Shown here: positions 53,411 through 64,000 of the stretch, in pieces | Layout: every line of letters starts with the position of its first letter | Numbering within the stretch: position 1 is the stretch's first letter | Source of the DNA: an uncultured Chloroflexia bacterium | GTDB lineage: Bacteria > Chloroflexota > Limnocylindria > Limnocylindrales > CSP1-4 | Assembly: GCA_963748625.1 (NCBI GenBank) | Contig: CAVVJT010000010.1 | Coordinates: 288,001 to 352,000 of the forward strand | DNA: 64,000 bases | Direction: 5' to 3' | Notes under the pieces: model-generated | The model's database searches: none | Seen by the model: the letters and a program-made list of their open reading frames with translations, nothing else | Told to the model about the DNA's origin: nothing | Position numbers and translations under genes: made by a program

Positions 53411-53517
53411 CCCACGTGGGGGCCAGAACGGCATGCTCGCGTGCGTGGCCGGGTACGGAACCCGCGGTTCGTGACGCAGCCCGTGCGTGAGCCGCGCGGA
53501 TTCGCCCCCCACGTGGG
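53411..53517. repeat. Dispersed 107-bp element, family A, copy 2
   Basis: CACGTG cores at 53413 and 53510 (97 bp apart); right half matches the reverse complement of copy 1. Confidence 0.8.
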
Positions 53518-53673
53518 CCGGCGCGACGGTGGGCGGACCGAGCGACCCTCCGGGCGACCGGGCCGGACGCGACGGTGGGCGGACCGCGCGACCCTCGGCC
53601 GGGCGACCCTCCGGGTAACCGGGCCGGGCGCGACGGTGGGCAACCCGGGGCACCGGCGGCGTAGGATGCCCCG

Positions 53674-54615
53674 ATGAAGATCGGCATCGTCCTCCCCCAG
53701 GGGAGCTCCGACGGGCCGGGCGCGATCGCCTGGACCCGCATCCGCGACATCGCCCGCCACGCTGAGGCGGTGGGCCTCGACAGCGTCTGGGCGTACGACC
53801 ACCTCATCTTCCGCCTGCCCGACGAACAGGGCGTGGTGGCCGAGGACGGCATCCACGAGGCGTGGACGGTGCTCACGGCGGTCGCGGCGAGCACCGAGCG
53901 GATCGAGCTGGGGACGATCGTGCTGGGGACCGGCTTCCGGCCGCCGGCGCTCACCGCGAAGATGGCGGCCACGCTGGACGAGGTCGCCGGCGGCAGGCTC
54001 ACGCTGGGTCTGGGCACCGGCTGGCACGAACCCGAGTACCGCGCCTTCGGCTACCCCTTCGACCACCGCGCCGCCCGGTTCGACGAGGCACTCCGGATCA
54101 TCGTCCCGCTCCTGCGCGGCGAGCGTGTCACGTTCGCGGGCACCTATCACGACGTCGACGACGCCGTGCTGATCCCGGCCCCGCCGCGCCCCACCCGGAT
54201 CCCGGGGTCCGCCGCGATGCCGGGCCGCCTCCCGATCCTCATCGCCGCGAAGGGCGAGCGTGTCCTGCGCCTCACCGCCCGCTGGGCCGACGCCTGGAAC
54301 ACCGCCTGGTTCGGCCTGCCGGACGAGCGGTTCGCCGAGCGCGCCCGCGACCTCCGTGCCGCCTGCGAGGCCGAGGGCCGCGATCCGGCCACGCTCGAGG
54401 TGACGGTTGGGGTGACGGTGGCCGCCGGCGCCACGACGATCGAGCAGGGGGGCCAGGCCGCGCTGCCGGGCAGGAGCGTCGCCGAGGTCGCGCGCGGCTT
54501 CGACGCCTGGGCGGCCCTCGGCGTGGGTCACCTCCAGGTGAATCTCACGTCCGTTGACGAGCGCGCGATCGACGACCTCGCGGCGGCCCGCCGCCTCCAC
54601 CTCGGGGAGCAGTGA
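53674..54615 (+). CDS. Luciferase-like (LLM) flavin-dependent oxidoreductase, possibly F420-dependent
   Basis: GLDSVWAYDH, EAWTVL, RPPALTAKMAATLD, GRLTLGLGTGW. Confidence 0.9.
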   Translation: MKIGIVLPQGSSDGPGAIAWTRIRDIARHAEAVGLDSVWAYDHLIFRLPDEQGVVAEDGIHEAWTVLTAVAASTERIELGTIVLGTGFRPPALTAKMAATLDEVAGGRLTLGLGTGWHEPEYRAFGYPFDHRAARFDEALRIIVPLLRGERVTFAGTYHDVDDAVLIPAPPRPTRIPGSAAMPGRLPILIAAKGERVLRLTARWADAWNTAWFGLPDERFAERARDLRAACEAEGRDPATLEVTVGVTVAAGATTIEQGGQAALPGRSVAEVARGFDAWAALGVGHLQVNLTSVDERAIDDLAAARRLHLGEQ

Positions 54616-54617
54616 TC

Positions 54618-55436
54618 ATGGACCTGGAACGGGCTCCGGACCACGACGGGTCGCCCGTCGACGCCGAGGTCCTACCCGAGCACGTGGCCGCCAACCGGGC
54701 CGCCTGGGACACCTACGCGCCCGACTACATCGCTGCCGGCGAGCGGGAATGGGCCCGCCTGCCCGGCGAGGAGACCTGGGGCATCTTCGGCATCCCGGAG
54801 GCGGAGATCGGCATGCTCCCCAACGACCTCGCGGGCCTCGACGCGATCGAGCTCGGCTGCGGGACGGCGTACGTGTCCGCATGGCTGGCCAGGCGCGGCG
54901 CCCGGCCCGTGGGCATCGACAACTCGCCCAGGCAGCTCGAGACGGCGGCCAGGCTCCAGCGCGAGCACGGCCTCGAGTTCCCGCTGCACCTGGGCAACGC
55001 CGAGCGGGTCCCCTACCCCGACGCCTCCTTCGACTTCGCCATCAGCGAGTACGGCGCGGTGCTCTGGGCCGACCCGTACGCATGGGTTCCCGAGGCCGCG
55101 CGGCTCCTGCGGCCCGGCGGACGCCTCCACGTGCTCACGAACGGGCTGCTGGTGCGGCTGACCGCGCCGATGGACGCCGAGGCGCCGGTGGGCGAGACCC
55201 TCCTGCGGCCGCTGTTCGGGATGCACCGGATCCAGTGGGACGGCGAGACGTCGTACGAGTTCCACCTCTCGCACGGCGAGTGGATCCGGCTGTTCCGCGA
55301 GCACGGATTCGAGATCGAGGCGCTCCTGGAGCCCCAGGTGCCGGCGGACGCCACGAGCACCTACGCGTACGTGCCCCACGCGTGGGCGCGGCAGTGGCCG
55401 TGCGAGGAGATCTGGAAGGTGCGCAAGCGCCCCTGA
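54618..55436 (+). CDS. Class I SAM-dependent methyltransferase
   Basis: IELGCGTAY, GIDNS, GNAE, SFDFAISEYGA, LLRPGG. Confidence 0.9.
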   Translation: MDLERAPDHDGSPVDAEVLPEHVAANRAAWDTYAPDYIAAGEREWARLPGEETWGIFGIPEAEIGMLPNDLAGLDAIELGCGTAYVSAWLARRGARPVGIDNSPRQLETAARLQREHGLEFPLHLGNAERVPYPDASFDFAISEYGAVLWADPYAWVPEAARLLRPGGRLHVLTNGLLVRLTAPMDAEAPVGETLLRPLFGMHRIQWDGETSYEFHLSHGEWIRLFREHGFEIEALLEPQVPADATSTYAYVPHAWARQWPCEEIWKVRKRP

Positions 55437-55539
55437 TCGCGATTGCCGTCCGTCGTCGCGGTCGTGCCGTTCGGCCCTGCGGACCATGCATCGGAAAGGG
55501 CACCATGCGCACGAGCAACCCACCCCCAAGGAGGCCCGG

Positions 55540-56562
<1,023 letters not shown>

Positions 56563-56566
56563 CGGC

Positions 56567-57766
56567 GTGAGCTCCTCGTTGCGGGTCGCGCTCCTCGTCG
56601 CGGCGAAGGATCTCCGCCAGCGGCTGCGCGACCGCACCGCGATCCTCGTGGCGGTGGTCGCCCCGCTGGGCCTTGCGTTCATCTTCAGCCAGCTGCTGGG
56701 CGGCGCGGTGGACTTCCACGCGACCTACGTGGTGGCCGACGTGGATGGCGGCGAGCTTGGCCGCGTGCTGCGCGAGGACGTGATCGGCTCGCTCGAGGAC
56801 GCCGGCGTCGCCGACATCACCGTGGTCGCCACGGAGGAGGCGGCGCGGGCCGCCGTCGCGGATGGGGCCGCTGATGCCGCATTCATCATCCCGGCCGGGC
56901 TCACGATGGCGATCCAGGCGGGACAGGCCTCCACCGTCGAGGTGGTGGGCGCGAAGGACGCGTCCCTTGCCACCGAGGTCGCGCGGTCCGTTGCCCAGCG
57001 CTTCGCCGACGCCGTCGGGGCCGTCCAGCTCTCGATGGCGACCGTTCGCGATCTCGACGCGCCCCTGGCCCCGGCTCCGGATCGAATGGCCCAGGTGGCC
57101 GCCGCGGCCCAGGCATCCGTGGAGCCGGTGGTGCTCGTGGACCTCCAGGCGAACCTGCGCCAGCTTTCGATGCCGTCCTACTTCGCGGCCTCGATGGCGA
57201 TCCTGTTCCTCTTCTTCTCGGCGCAGGTGGGGTTCGTGAGCCTCTTCGAGGAGCGGCGCAACGGGACGCTCGCGCGGATCCTGGCCGGCCCGATCGCGCC
57301 CAACGCGGTGCTGCTGGGCAAGACGCTCGGCTCCTTCGTCCTGACGCTGGTGTCGCTGCTGATCCTGGTCATCGTCACGACCCTCACCATCAAGGCAGAC
57401 TGGGGGCCGGCGCCGGGGGTCGCGCTCATGATCGTCGCGGTCATCGTGGCCGCCATCGGGATCACGGCCCTGGTCACATCGTTCACCCGCTCCGCGGAGG
57501 CCGCTGGCGCCGCCAACTCCGCGGTCGCCATCACGCTGGGCGTCCTGGGCGGGACGTTCTCCCCCACCGCGCAGGCGCCGGAGGTCCTCGACACGGTGTC
57601 CCTGCTGACGCCCCACGGCTGGTTCCTGCGCGGCCTCGCGGACATGCACGGGGCGTCCGCCTCCTGGACCGACGCGCTGCCCGCGGTCGGCGTGCTGCTG
57701 GGCGTGGGCCTGGTCACCGGCGCCATCGGGTTCGCCCGGGCGCGCAGCCTGGTGAGCGCCCGATGA
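56567..57766 (+). CDS. ABC-2 type permease
   Basis: KDLRQRLRD, extracellular domain, EERRNGTLARI, LGGTF. Confidence 0.88.
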   Translation: MSSSLRVALLVAAKDLRQRLRDRTAILVAVVAPLGLAFIFSQLLGGAVDFHATYVVADVDGGELGRVLREDVIGSLEDAGVADITVVATEEAARAAVADGAADAAFIIPAGLTMAIQAGQASTVEVVGAKDASLATEVARSVAQRFADAVGAVQLSMATVRDLDAPLAPAPDRMAQVAAAAQASVEPVVLVDLQANLRQLSMPSYFAASMAILFLFFSAQVGFVSLFEERRNGTLARILAGPIAPNAVLLGKTLGSFVLTLVSLLILVIVTTLTIKADWGPAPGVALMIVAVIVAAIGITALVTSFTRSAEAAGAANSAVAITLGVLGGTFSPTAQAPEVLDTVSLLTPHGWFLRGLADMHGASASWTDALPAVGVLLGVGLVTGAIGFARARSLVSAR

Positions 57767-57785
57767 GCGGCGCGGTGGCCACCCG

Positions 57786-58961
57786 ATGAGCGGCGCGGTG
57801 AAGGCCCTCGACCTCGCGCGCATCAACCTGCTGCGCCAGGTCCGCGATCGTGCCGACCTGTTCTTCGTCTTCGTCCTGCCCACGATCATCATCGTGGCGC
57901 TGGGCCTGCAGTTCGGCGGAACCACGCGGGCGCGCCTGGGCGTGGTCGTCCCGCCCGGTGACACCGCCGCCGCAGCGCTCGTGGAGGTCCTGGCCACGGA
58001 CGGGGCGCGATTCGCCATCCGCGAGGTCGCCGACGAGGCGGCGCTCGCCTCCCAGGTGGAGCGCGGCCAGCTGGAAGCGGGCCTCATCATCCCGGCCGGG
58101 TTCGAGGCGGCACTCGCGGGTGAGGCGCCCGTGGAGATCCGCTACGTCGGCACCAGCGGCGGTCTCACACAGGGGTTGCGGGCACCGGTCGAGGCAGCGG
58201 TCGCCCGGCTCGCGGCGGCCACGACGGCCGCGCGGGTGGCGGTGAGCCTCGACGCTGGGACCTGGGACGAGGCGCAGGCCGCGGCCGCGGCCAACCTTGG
58301 CTCCGTGCCGGGCGTGGAGGTCAAGGTCGCCCAGGTGGGCGAGGAGGGCATGTTCGCGGGCTTCAGCCAGTTCACGTTCGGTGCCTCCACGCAGCTGGTC
58401 CTGTTCATGTTCCTGACCTCGATGACCGCGGCCGGCCGACTGGTGCATACCCGCCAGATCGGCGTGTCACGGCGGATGCTGTCCACGCCCACCAGCGCCT
58501 GGACGATCGTCACCGGGGAAGCGCTCGGGCGGTTCGGCGTGGCCATGCTCCAGGCCGGCTACATCGTGGCCGTCACAGCGATCGTGTTCGGCGTGTCCTG
58601 GGGCAACCCGGTGACCGCCGGCGTGCTGATCGTGCTGTTCGGGGTCGTGGCGGCGGGCGTCGCGATGCTCGTGGGGGCCATGTCGAGGAACCCGGACCAG
58701 GCGTCGTCGGTGGGCGTGTTCATCGGTCTCGCCCTGGGCGCGCTGGGCGGCTGCATGATCCCGATCCAGATCATGCCGGACGTGATGCAGTCGATCGCGA
58801 AGGTGATCCCCCACTCCTGGGCGCTGCTGGGCCTGCAGGAGACGATCAAGACCGGTGGCGGGCTCGACACCGTGCTCCTGAACGTCGCGGTGCTCGCGGT
58901 CTACGGCGCGGTCCTGATGGGCCTCGCCGCATGGCGGTTCCGCAAGGCGATCGCCGGCTGA
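57786..58961 (+). CDS. ABC-2 type permease
   Basis: RDRADLFF, RRMLSTP, LGGCMIP, PHSWA. Confidence 0.88.
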   Translation: MSGAVKALDLARINLLRQVRDRADLFFVFVLPTIIIVALGLQFGGTTRARLGVVVPPGDTAAAALVEVLATDGARFAIREVADEAALASQVERGQLEAGLIIPAGFEAALAGEAPVEIRYVGTSGGLTQGLRAPVEAAVARLAAATTAARVAVSLDAGTWDEAQAAAAANLGSVPGVEVKVAQVGEEGMFAGFSQFTFGASTQLVLFMFLTSMTAAGRLVHTRQIGVSRRMLSTPTSAWTIVTGEALGRFGVAMLQAGYIVAVTAIVFGVSWGNPVTAGVLIVLFGVVAAGVAMLVGAMSRNPDQASSVGVFIGLALGALGGCMIPIQIMPDVMQSIAKVIPHSWALLGLQETIKTGGGLDTVLLNVAVLAVYGAVLMGLAAWRFRKAIAG

Positions 58962-59007
58962 GGTCGGCTCCTCGGCTGAGGTCGGCTCCTCGGCTGAGGT
59001 CGGCTCC
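58955..59007. repeat. 18-bp tandem repeat x3 including the stop codon
   Basis: cggctgaggtcggctcct at 58955, 58973, 58991. Confidence 0.9.
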
Positions 59008-59029
59008 CGGCCTTGACTGACGCCGTCGC

Positions 59030-59136
59030 CCCACGTGGGGGCCAGAATCAGCAGTCGCGAGCGTGGTCTGCGCGCCAAACCTCGACATTCGCCCGCGGCG
59101 CACGCTCAGCAGGGCCTGAAACGCCCCACAGGTGGG
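59030..59136. repeat. Dispersed 107-bp element, family A, copy 3
   Basis: CACGTG at 59032 and CAGGTG at 59129 (97 bp apart); followed by degenerate ccgcacgg/ggaccg repeats to ~59370. Confidence 0.8.
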
Positions 59137-59500
59137 CCGGACCGCACGGTGGACCGAGGCCGCACGGCTGGACCGAGGGCCACACGGCGGAAGACCGCGG
59201 CCGCACGGATGGACCGAGGGCCGCACGGCTGGACCGCGGCCGCCCCCTACGGGCCGGACCGCACGGTGGGGCCGGACTCGGCCGCCCCCTGTGGGCCGGA
59301 CTCGGCCGCACGGCTGGGCCGGACTGCACGGTGGGGCCGCGGCCTGCGCGGACGACCGCGGCTGGACGGCACCCGGAACGTCGGACCGCCGCTTGCACAT
59401 CCTTCACGCCGCCTATATTCTTCACGCTGCATTGACCTTCTATCTGCCACGAAGTGAAGAGGATCCAGCCACGGATCGCGCGACCCTCCTGGACGAGCTC

Positions 59501-59986
59501 ATGGCCGAGCTCCCCTCCCCCAGCCCCGCCCAGGCCATGCGCTACTTGCGCCACTGGCCCGGCGGGCGCATCTCCCTCATCCACATCAACGTGATCAGCG
59601 TGCTCGAGGCGGACGGCCCGCAGCCGATGCGCGCCCTGGCCGAAGCGCTCGACGTGAGCCAGGCGAGCGCCACCGGGATCGTGGACCGCATGGAGCAGCG
59701 CGGCCTCGTGGAGCGGCAGCGCGACGAGGAGGACCGCCGGATCGTCCGGGTCGTCCTCACCGACGAGGGCCGCAAGCTGGTCGAGGGCGTGGCCCGGGAG
59801 CGCCAGGACCACATGCGCATCCTGCTCGACGACCTCACCGATGCCGAGTTGCAGGCCTTCCTGGTCGGCTCGCGCGCGATGCGCCGTGCCCGGGAACGCA
59901 TGCACGAACGCCTCCACGAACGGCTCCCGGAACGCCTCGCCACCTGCGCCCCCAGAGACCCCGACACCCAGGAGACCCCGCGATGA
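59501..59986 (+). CDS. MarR-family regulator (start uncertain; possibly TTG 59432)
   Basis: MRALAEALDVSQASATGIVDRMEQRGLVER..DEEDRR..V.LTDEG. Confidence 0.9.
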   Translation: MAELPSPSPAQAMRYLRHWPGGRISLIHINVISVLEADGPQPMRALAEALDVSQASATGIVDRMEQRGLVERQRDEEDRRIVRVVLTDEGRKLVEGVARERQDHMRILLDDLTDAELQAFLVGSRAMRRARERMHERLHERLPERLATCAPRDPDTQETPR

Positions 59987-61710
59987 TCCCCATCCTGCGG
60001 CAGTACCTGCGGCCGTACAGCGCCCCCATCGCCCTCGTGCTGGTGCTGCTCCTGGTCCAGGCCATCGCCAACCTGTACCTGCCCGAGCTCAACGCCGAGA
60101 TCATCAACAACGGTGTGGTGCCCGGCGACATCGACTTCATCATCAGCACCGGCGCCCTCATGCTGGGCGTGACCTTCCTGCTGATGCTGGCCGCGTTCGT
60201 GGCCGTGTTCTTCTCGGCCAAGATCGCGATGGGCTTCGGGCGCGACGTGCGCTCGGCCATCTTCCGCAAGGTGGAGACGTTCAGCCAGGTGGAGCTCAAC
60301 CACTTCGGCGCGGCCAGCCTGATCACCCGCAACACCAACGACGTCCAGCAGGTGCAGCAGGTGGTGCTGCTCGCGCTCACGATGATGATCAGCGCCCCGA
60401 TCCTCGCCATCGGCGGCGTGATCATGGCCTACCGCCAGGACGGCCCGCTGACCGCGATCCTCCTCGTGATCCTGCCGATCATGGCCCTGCTCATCGGCGT
60501 CGTCATGAAGCGCGCGATCCCGCTGTTCCAGGCGATGCAGGTCAAGATCGACCGCATCAACCTGGTGATGCGCGAGACGCTCACGGGCGTGCGCGTGATC
60601 CGCGCCTTCGTGCGCACCGAGCACGAGGAGGCCCGGTTCGACGAGGCCAGCCGCGACCTGATGGACGTGGGCCTGCGTGTCAACCGCCTGTTCGCGATCA
60701 CGATGCCCGCGCTCATGCTGATCATGAACCTGTCCACCGTGGCCGTCCTCTGGCTCGGCGCCTACCGCGTGGACAGCGGCGCCATGCCCATCGGCAACCT
60801 GACCGCCTTCATCCAGTACATCACCCAGATCCTGTTCGCGATCATGATGGCGGTGGTCATGTTCGTCATGGTCCCGCGGGCGGCGGTGTCGGGGAACCGG
60901 ATCGCCGAGGTGCTCGACACGGAACCCTCCATCTGGGACCCGCCCACGCCCATCTCGCCGGCCCGCACCGGCCAGGTCGAGTTCCGTGACGTCGAGTTCC
61001 GCTATCCGGGCGCAGAGGAGGCGGTCCTGCGGGGCATCAGCTTCCGGGCCAACCCGGGCGAGGTCACCGCGATCGTCGGCTCCACGGGCTCCGGCAAGAG
61101 CACGCTCATCAACCTGCTGCCGCGCTTCTACGACGCGACCTCGGGCGACGTGCTCATCGACGGCGTGGACGTGCGCACGCTCGACCGCCAGGACCTCTGG
61201 AAGCGGATCGGCATGATCCCCCAGAAGGCCTACCTGTTCGGCGGCACGGTGGCCAGCAACCTGCGCTACGGCGACCAGGACGCGACCGACGCCGACCTGT
61301 GGCGCGCGCTGGACATCGCCCAGGGCAAGGAGTTCGTGACCGAGCTCGCCGAACAGCTCGAGGCACCCATCAGCCAGGGCGGCACCAACGTGTCGGGCGG
61401 CCAGCGCCAGCGCCTGGCGATTGCGAGGGCCCTCGCGAAGAACCCCGACATCTACGTCTTCGACGACAGCTTCAGTGCGCTCGACTTCCGCACGGACGCC
61501 AGGCTGCGCGCGGCCCTGTCGCGGGAGCTCTCCAATGCGACCGTGATCATCGTCGCCCAGCGTGTGGGCACCATCCTCCACGCCGACCGGATCGTGGTGC
61601 TCGAGGACGGGGCGATCGCCGGCATCGGCACGCACGAGGAGCTCATGGGAAGTTGCGAGACCTACCGCGAGATCGTGCTGTCCCAGGTCACCGAGGAGGA
61701 GGTCGCATGA
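59983..61710 (+). CDS. Heterodimeric multidrug ABC exporter, subunit with degenerate Walker B
   Basis: TMD+NBD; GSTGSGKST, VSGGQRQR, VFDDSFSALD. Confidence 0.92.
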   Translation: MIPILRQYLRPYSAPIALVLVLLLVQAIANLYLPELNAEIINNGVVPGDIDFIISTGALMLGVTFLLMLAAFVAVFFSAKIAMGFGRDVRSAIFRKVETFSQVELNHFGAASLITRNTNDVQQVQQVVLLALTMMISAPILAIGGVIMAYRQDGPLTAILLVILPIMALLIGVVMKRAIPLFQAMQVKIDRINLVMRETLTGVRVIRAFVRTEHEEARFDEASRDLMDVGLRVNRLFAITMPALMLIMNLSTVAVLWLGAYRVDSGAMPIGNLTAFIQYITQILFAIMMAVVMFVMVPRAAVSGNRIAEVLDTEPSIWDPPTPISPARTGQVEFRDVEFRYPGAEEAVLRGISFRANPGEVTAIVGSTGSGKSTLINLLPRFYDATSGDVLIDGVDVRTLDRQDLWKRIGMIPQKAYLFGGTVASNLRYGDQDATDADLWRALDIAQGKEFVTELAEQLEAPISQGGTNVSGGQRQRLAIARALAKNPDIYVFDDSFSALDFRTDARLRAALSRELSNATVIIVAQRVGTILHADRIVVLEDGAIAGIGTHEELMGSCETYREIVLSQVTEEEVA

Positions 61711-63701
61711 GCGGCTCGAGGCAGCGCCCCGGCGGCCCCGGACGACCTGGTGGTCCGGGCGGCCCCGGCGGGGGTCCGGGCGGCCACATGTCGATGCTCG
61801 GCTCCACCGCCAAGGCGGCCAGCTTCGGGCCGTCCTTCCGGCGCCTCATGGGCGAGCTGCGCCCGGAGCGCGCCTGGGTGATCGGCGTCTTCGTGCTCGC
61901 GGTCGTGAGCGTCGTGCTCGCGATCCTGGGCCCCAAGATCCTGGCCAGCGCCACCAACGTCATCTTCGCGGGTGCCGTCGGCTCCCAGCTCCCGGCCGGG
62001 GTGTCCGTCGACCAGGTGGTCGCCGGCATGGAGGCCACGGGCCAGGGCGACCAGGCCGCGATGATCGCCAACATGCCCTACCTCGTCCCGGGCCAGGGCA
62101 TCGACTTCACGCTGCTCGCCCAGTTCCTCGTGGCGGCGTCGCTCGTGTACATCGCGAGCTCGCTGTTCAGCTGGGCGCAGAGCTACATCATGGCCGGCGT
62201 CACCCAGCGGACCGTCTACCGCCTGCGCGAGCGGGTCGACCAGAAGCTGGGCCGGCTGCCGCTGGCCTACTACGACCGGGAGTCCCGCGGTGACATCCTG
62301 TCGCGCGTCACCAATGACATCGACAACATCAGCCAGACGCTCCAGCAGAGCCTCACCCAGCTGATCACGTCGCTGCTCACGGTGGTCGGCGTGCTGATCA
62401 TGATGGTCACCATCAGCCCGCTGCTCGCCTTCTTCTCGGTGCTGGTCGTGCCCGCGTCGATGGTGGTCGCCATCGTGATCGCGAAGCGCAGCCAGGTGCA
62501 GTTCGCTGCCCAGTGGGAGCGGACCGGGTCGCTCAACGGCCACATCGAGGAGATGCACACCGGGCACTCGATCGTGAAGCTGTTCGGGCGCCAGGACGAG
62601 GCGATCGCCGAGTTCGACCGGCGCAACGAGGAGCTCTACCAGGCGAGCTACAAGGCGCAATTCCTGTCGGGCCTCATCCAGCCCGCGATGACGTTCATCT
62701 CCAACCTCAACTACGTCGCGATCGCGGTGATCGGCGGCATCCAGGTGGCGAACGGCCAGATGAGCCTCGGCGACGTCCAGGCGTTCATCCAGTACAGCCG
62801 CCAGTTCACGTTCCCCATCATCCAGGTGGCCTCGATCGCCAACGTGCTGCAGTCCGCGGTGGCGTCGGCCGAGCGGGTGTTCGAGCTGCTCGACGAGGCC
62901 GAGGAGATCCCGGACCCGGTGTCCCCGGCCGTGCTGGTGGAGCCGGTCGTGGGCCGCGTCACCTTCGAGGACATCTCGTTCCGCTACCTGCCGGACAAGC
63001 CGCTCATCGACAACGTGTCGCTGGCGGTCGAGCCGGGGCAGACCGTGGCGATCGTCGGCCCGACGGGCGCCGGCAAGACCACGCTCGTGAACCTGCTGAT
63101 GCGCTTCTACGATGTCCAGGGCGGCCGGATCACGGTCGACGGGATCGAGACGCGCGAGCTGACGCGGGACAACCTGCGCACGACCTTCGGGATGGTCCTC
63201 CAGGACGCGTGGCTGTTCAAGGGCACCATCCGCGAGAACATCCTCTACGGCGCCGACGCCGGGTCCGTCTCCGAGGAGGCGTTCCAGGCGGCAGCCGAGG
63301 CGGCCCACGTGAACCACTTCGTGCGCACGCTCGAGCACGGGTACGACACGGTCCTCGACGACGACGCGACCAACGTGTCGGCCGGCGAGAAGCAGCTGCT
63401 CACGATCGCCCGGGCGTTCCTCGCCGACCCGCCGATCCTCATCCTCGATGAGGCGACCTCGTCGGTGGACACCCGGACCGAGGTGCTGATCCAGCGCGCC
63501 ATGGCGAAGCTCATGGTGGGACGGACGTCGTTCGTGATCGCCCACCGGCTGTCCACGATCCGTGACGCGGACATCATCCTGGTGATGAACGAGGGCCGGA
63601 TCGTGGAGCAGGGCACGCATGCGGAGCTGCTGGCGCAGCGCGGGTTCTACCACGAGCTGTACGCGAGCCAGTTCGAGGAGGCGCTGGACGAGGTCGCCTA
63701 G
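61707..63701 (+). CDS. Heterodimeric multidrug ABC exporter, subunit with consensus Walker B
   Basis: ATGA overlap; GPTGAGKTT, VSAGEKQ, ILDEATSSVD, IAHRLST. Confidence 0.93.
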   Translation: MSGSRQRPGGPGRPGGPGGPGGGPGGHMSMLGSTAKAASFGPSFRRLMGELRPERAWVIGVFVLAVVSVVLAILGPKILASATNVIFAGAVGSQLPAGVSVDQVVAGMEATGQGDQAAMIANMPYLVPGQGIDFTLLAQFLVAASLVYIASSLFSWAQSYIMAGVTQRTVYRLRERVDQKLGRLPLAYYDRESRGDILSRVTNDIDNISQTLQQSLTQLITSLLTVVGVLIMMVTISPLLAFFSVLVVPASMVVAIVIAKRSQVQFAAQWERTGSLNGHIEEMHTGHSIVKLFGRQDEAIAEFDRRNEELYQASYKAQFLSGLIQPAMTFISNLNYVAIAVIGGIQVANGQMSLGDVQAFIQYSRQFTFPIIQVASIANVLQSAVASAERVFELLDEAEEIPDPVSPAVLVEPVVGRVTFEDISFRYLPDKPLIDNVSLAVEPGQTVAIVGPTGAGKTTLVNLLMRFYDVQGGRITVDGIETRELTRDNLRTTFGMVLQDAWLFKGTIRENILYGADAGSVSEEAFQAAAEAAHVNHFVRTLEHGYDTVLDDDATNVSAGEKQLLTIARAFLADPPILILDEATSSVDTRTEVLIQRAMAKLMVGRTSFVIAHRLSTIRDADIILVMNEGRIVEQGTHAELLAQRGFYHELYASQFEEALDEVA

Positions 63702-63736
63702 TCCGGGTCGGCTGGCGCCGGCGGCCATGCCCGGAT

Positions 63737-63806
63737 CGGCCGGTGCCGTGCGGCCGGTGCCGTGCGGCCGGTGCCGTGCGGCCGGTGCCGTGCGGCCGGT
63801 GCCGTG
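63737..63806. repeat. 14-bp tandem repeat x5
   Basis: cggccggtgccgtg at 63737, 63751, 63765, 63779, 63793. Confidence 0.92.
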
Positions 63807-63814
63807 CACGCGAG

Positions 63815-63951
63815 GCAATAGATCGGACTCCGCCTGCGCTCGCCTTTCGCGGTGGGCAACAGCACAGCGTCCATTGGTTCCTGGCGGGCCCGATCGCGCC
63901 GTCGGTGTTTCTTGCGGGCAACGGCAGGACACCACGTCCCCAAGGTATTGC
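63815..63951 (+). repeat. Dispersed 137-bp element, family B, copy 3
   Basis: GCAATA(63815), GCAAC-AGCACAGCG(+41), GCAAC(+103), GACAC, AAGG-TATTGC(+131). Confidence 0.72.
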
Positions 63952-64000
63952 TTCGGGTGCACGCCGCGCTGACGCACGGAGCGGCACCGTCGAAACGGGC

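Overview
A very GC-rich bacterial chromosomal segment. Gene content and style suggest high-GC Chloroflexota or Actinomycetota (inference). Scattered 1-bp indels look like long-read errors. Contents in order: (1) 1-15 kb: a Tat-exported probable multicopper oxidase (runs off the edge), a ~2,700-aa secreted multidomain protein, a His-containing membrane protein, two divergent NarL/HisKA_3 two-component pairs and a ferric-reductase-like flavocytochrome. (2) glgC and a PrsW-like / C25-peptidase / PepSY-like operon. (3) 20-30 kb: an ArsR-DsrE-TusA-MvhD-HdrA-HdrA-wHTH-QmoC-like-hemerythrin operon with no HdrB or AprAB, plus a second hemerythrin. (4) Housekeeping and transport genes (GMC oxidoreductase, cysE-cysK, GDT1, arcA, aspC, BMP ABC, ABC-2, MarR with a heterodimeric ABC exporter). 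Most unusual signals: a nested 'A6-B6' repeat in the giant protein; two families of fixed-length dispersed intergenic elements (107 bp and 137-138 bp), one of which brackets an XRE-HTH/nuclease-fold gene; and mini-ORFs that relay translational coupling at gene junctions. I saw no rRNA, tRNA, CRISPR array or recognisable transposase.
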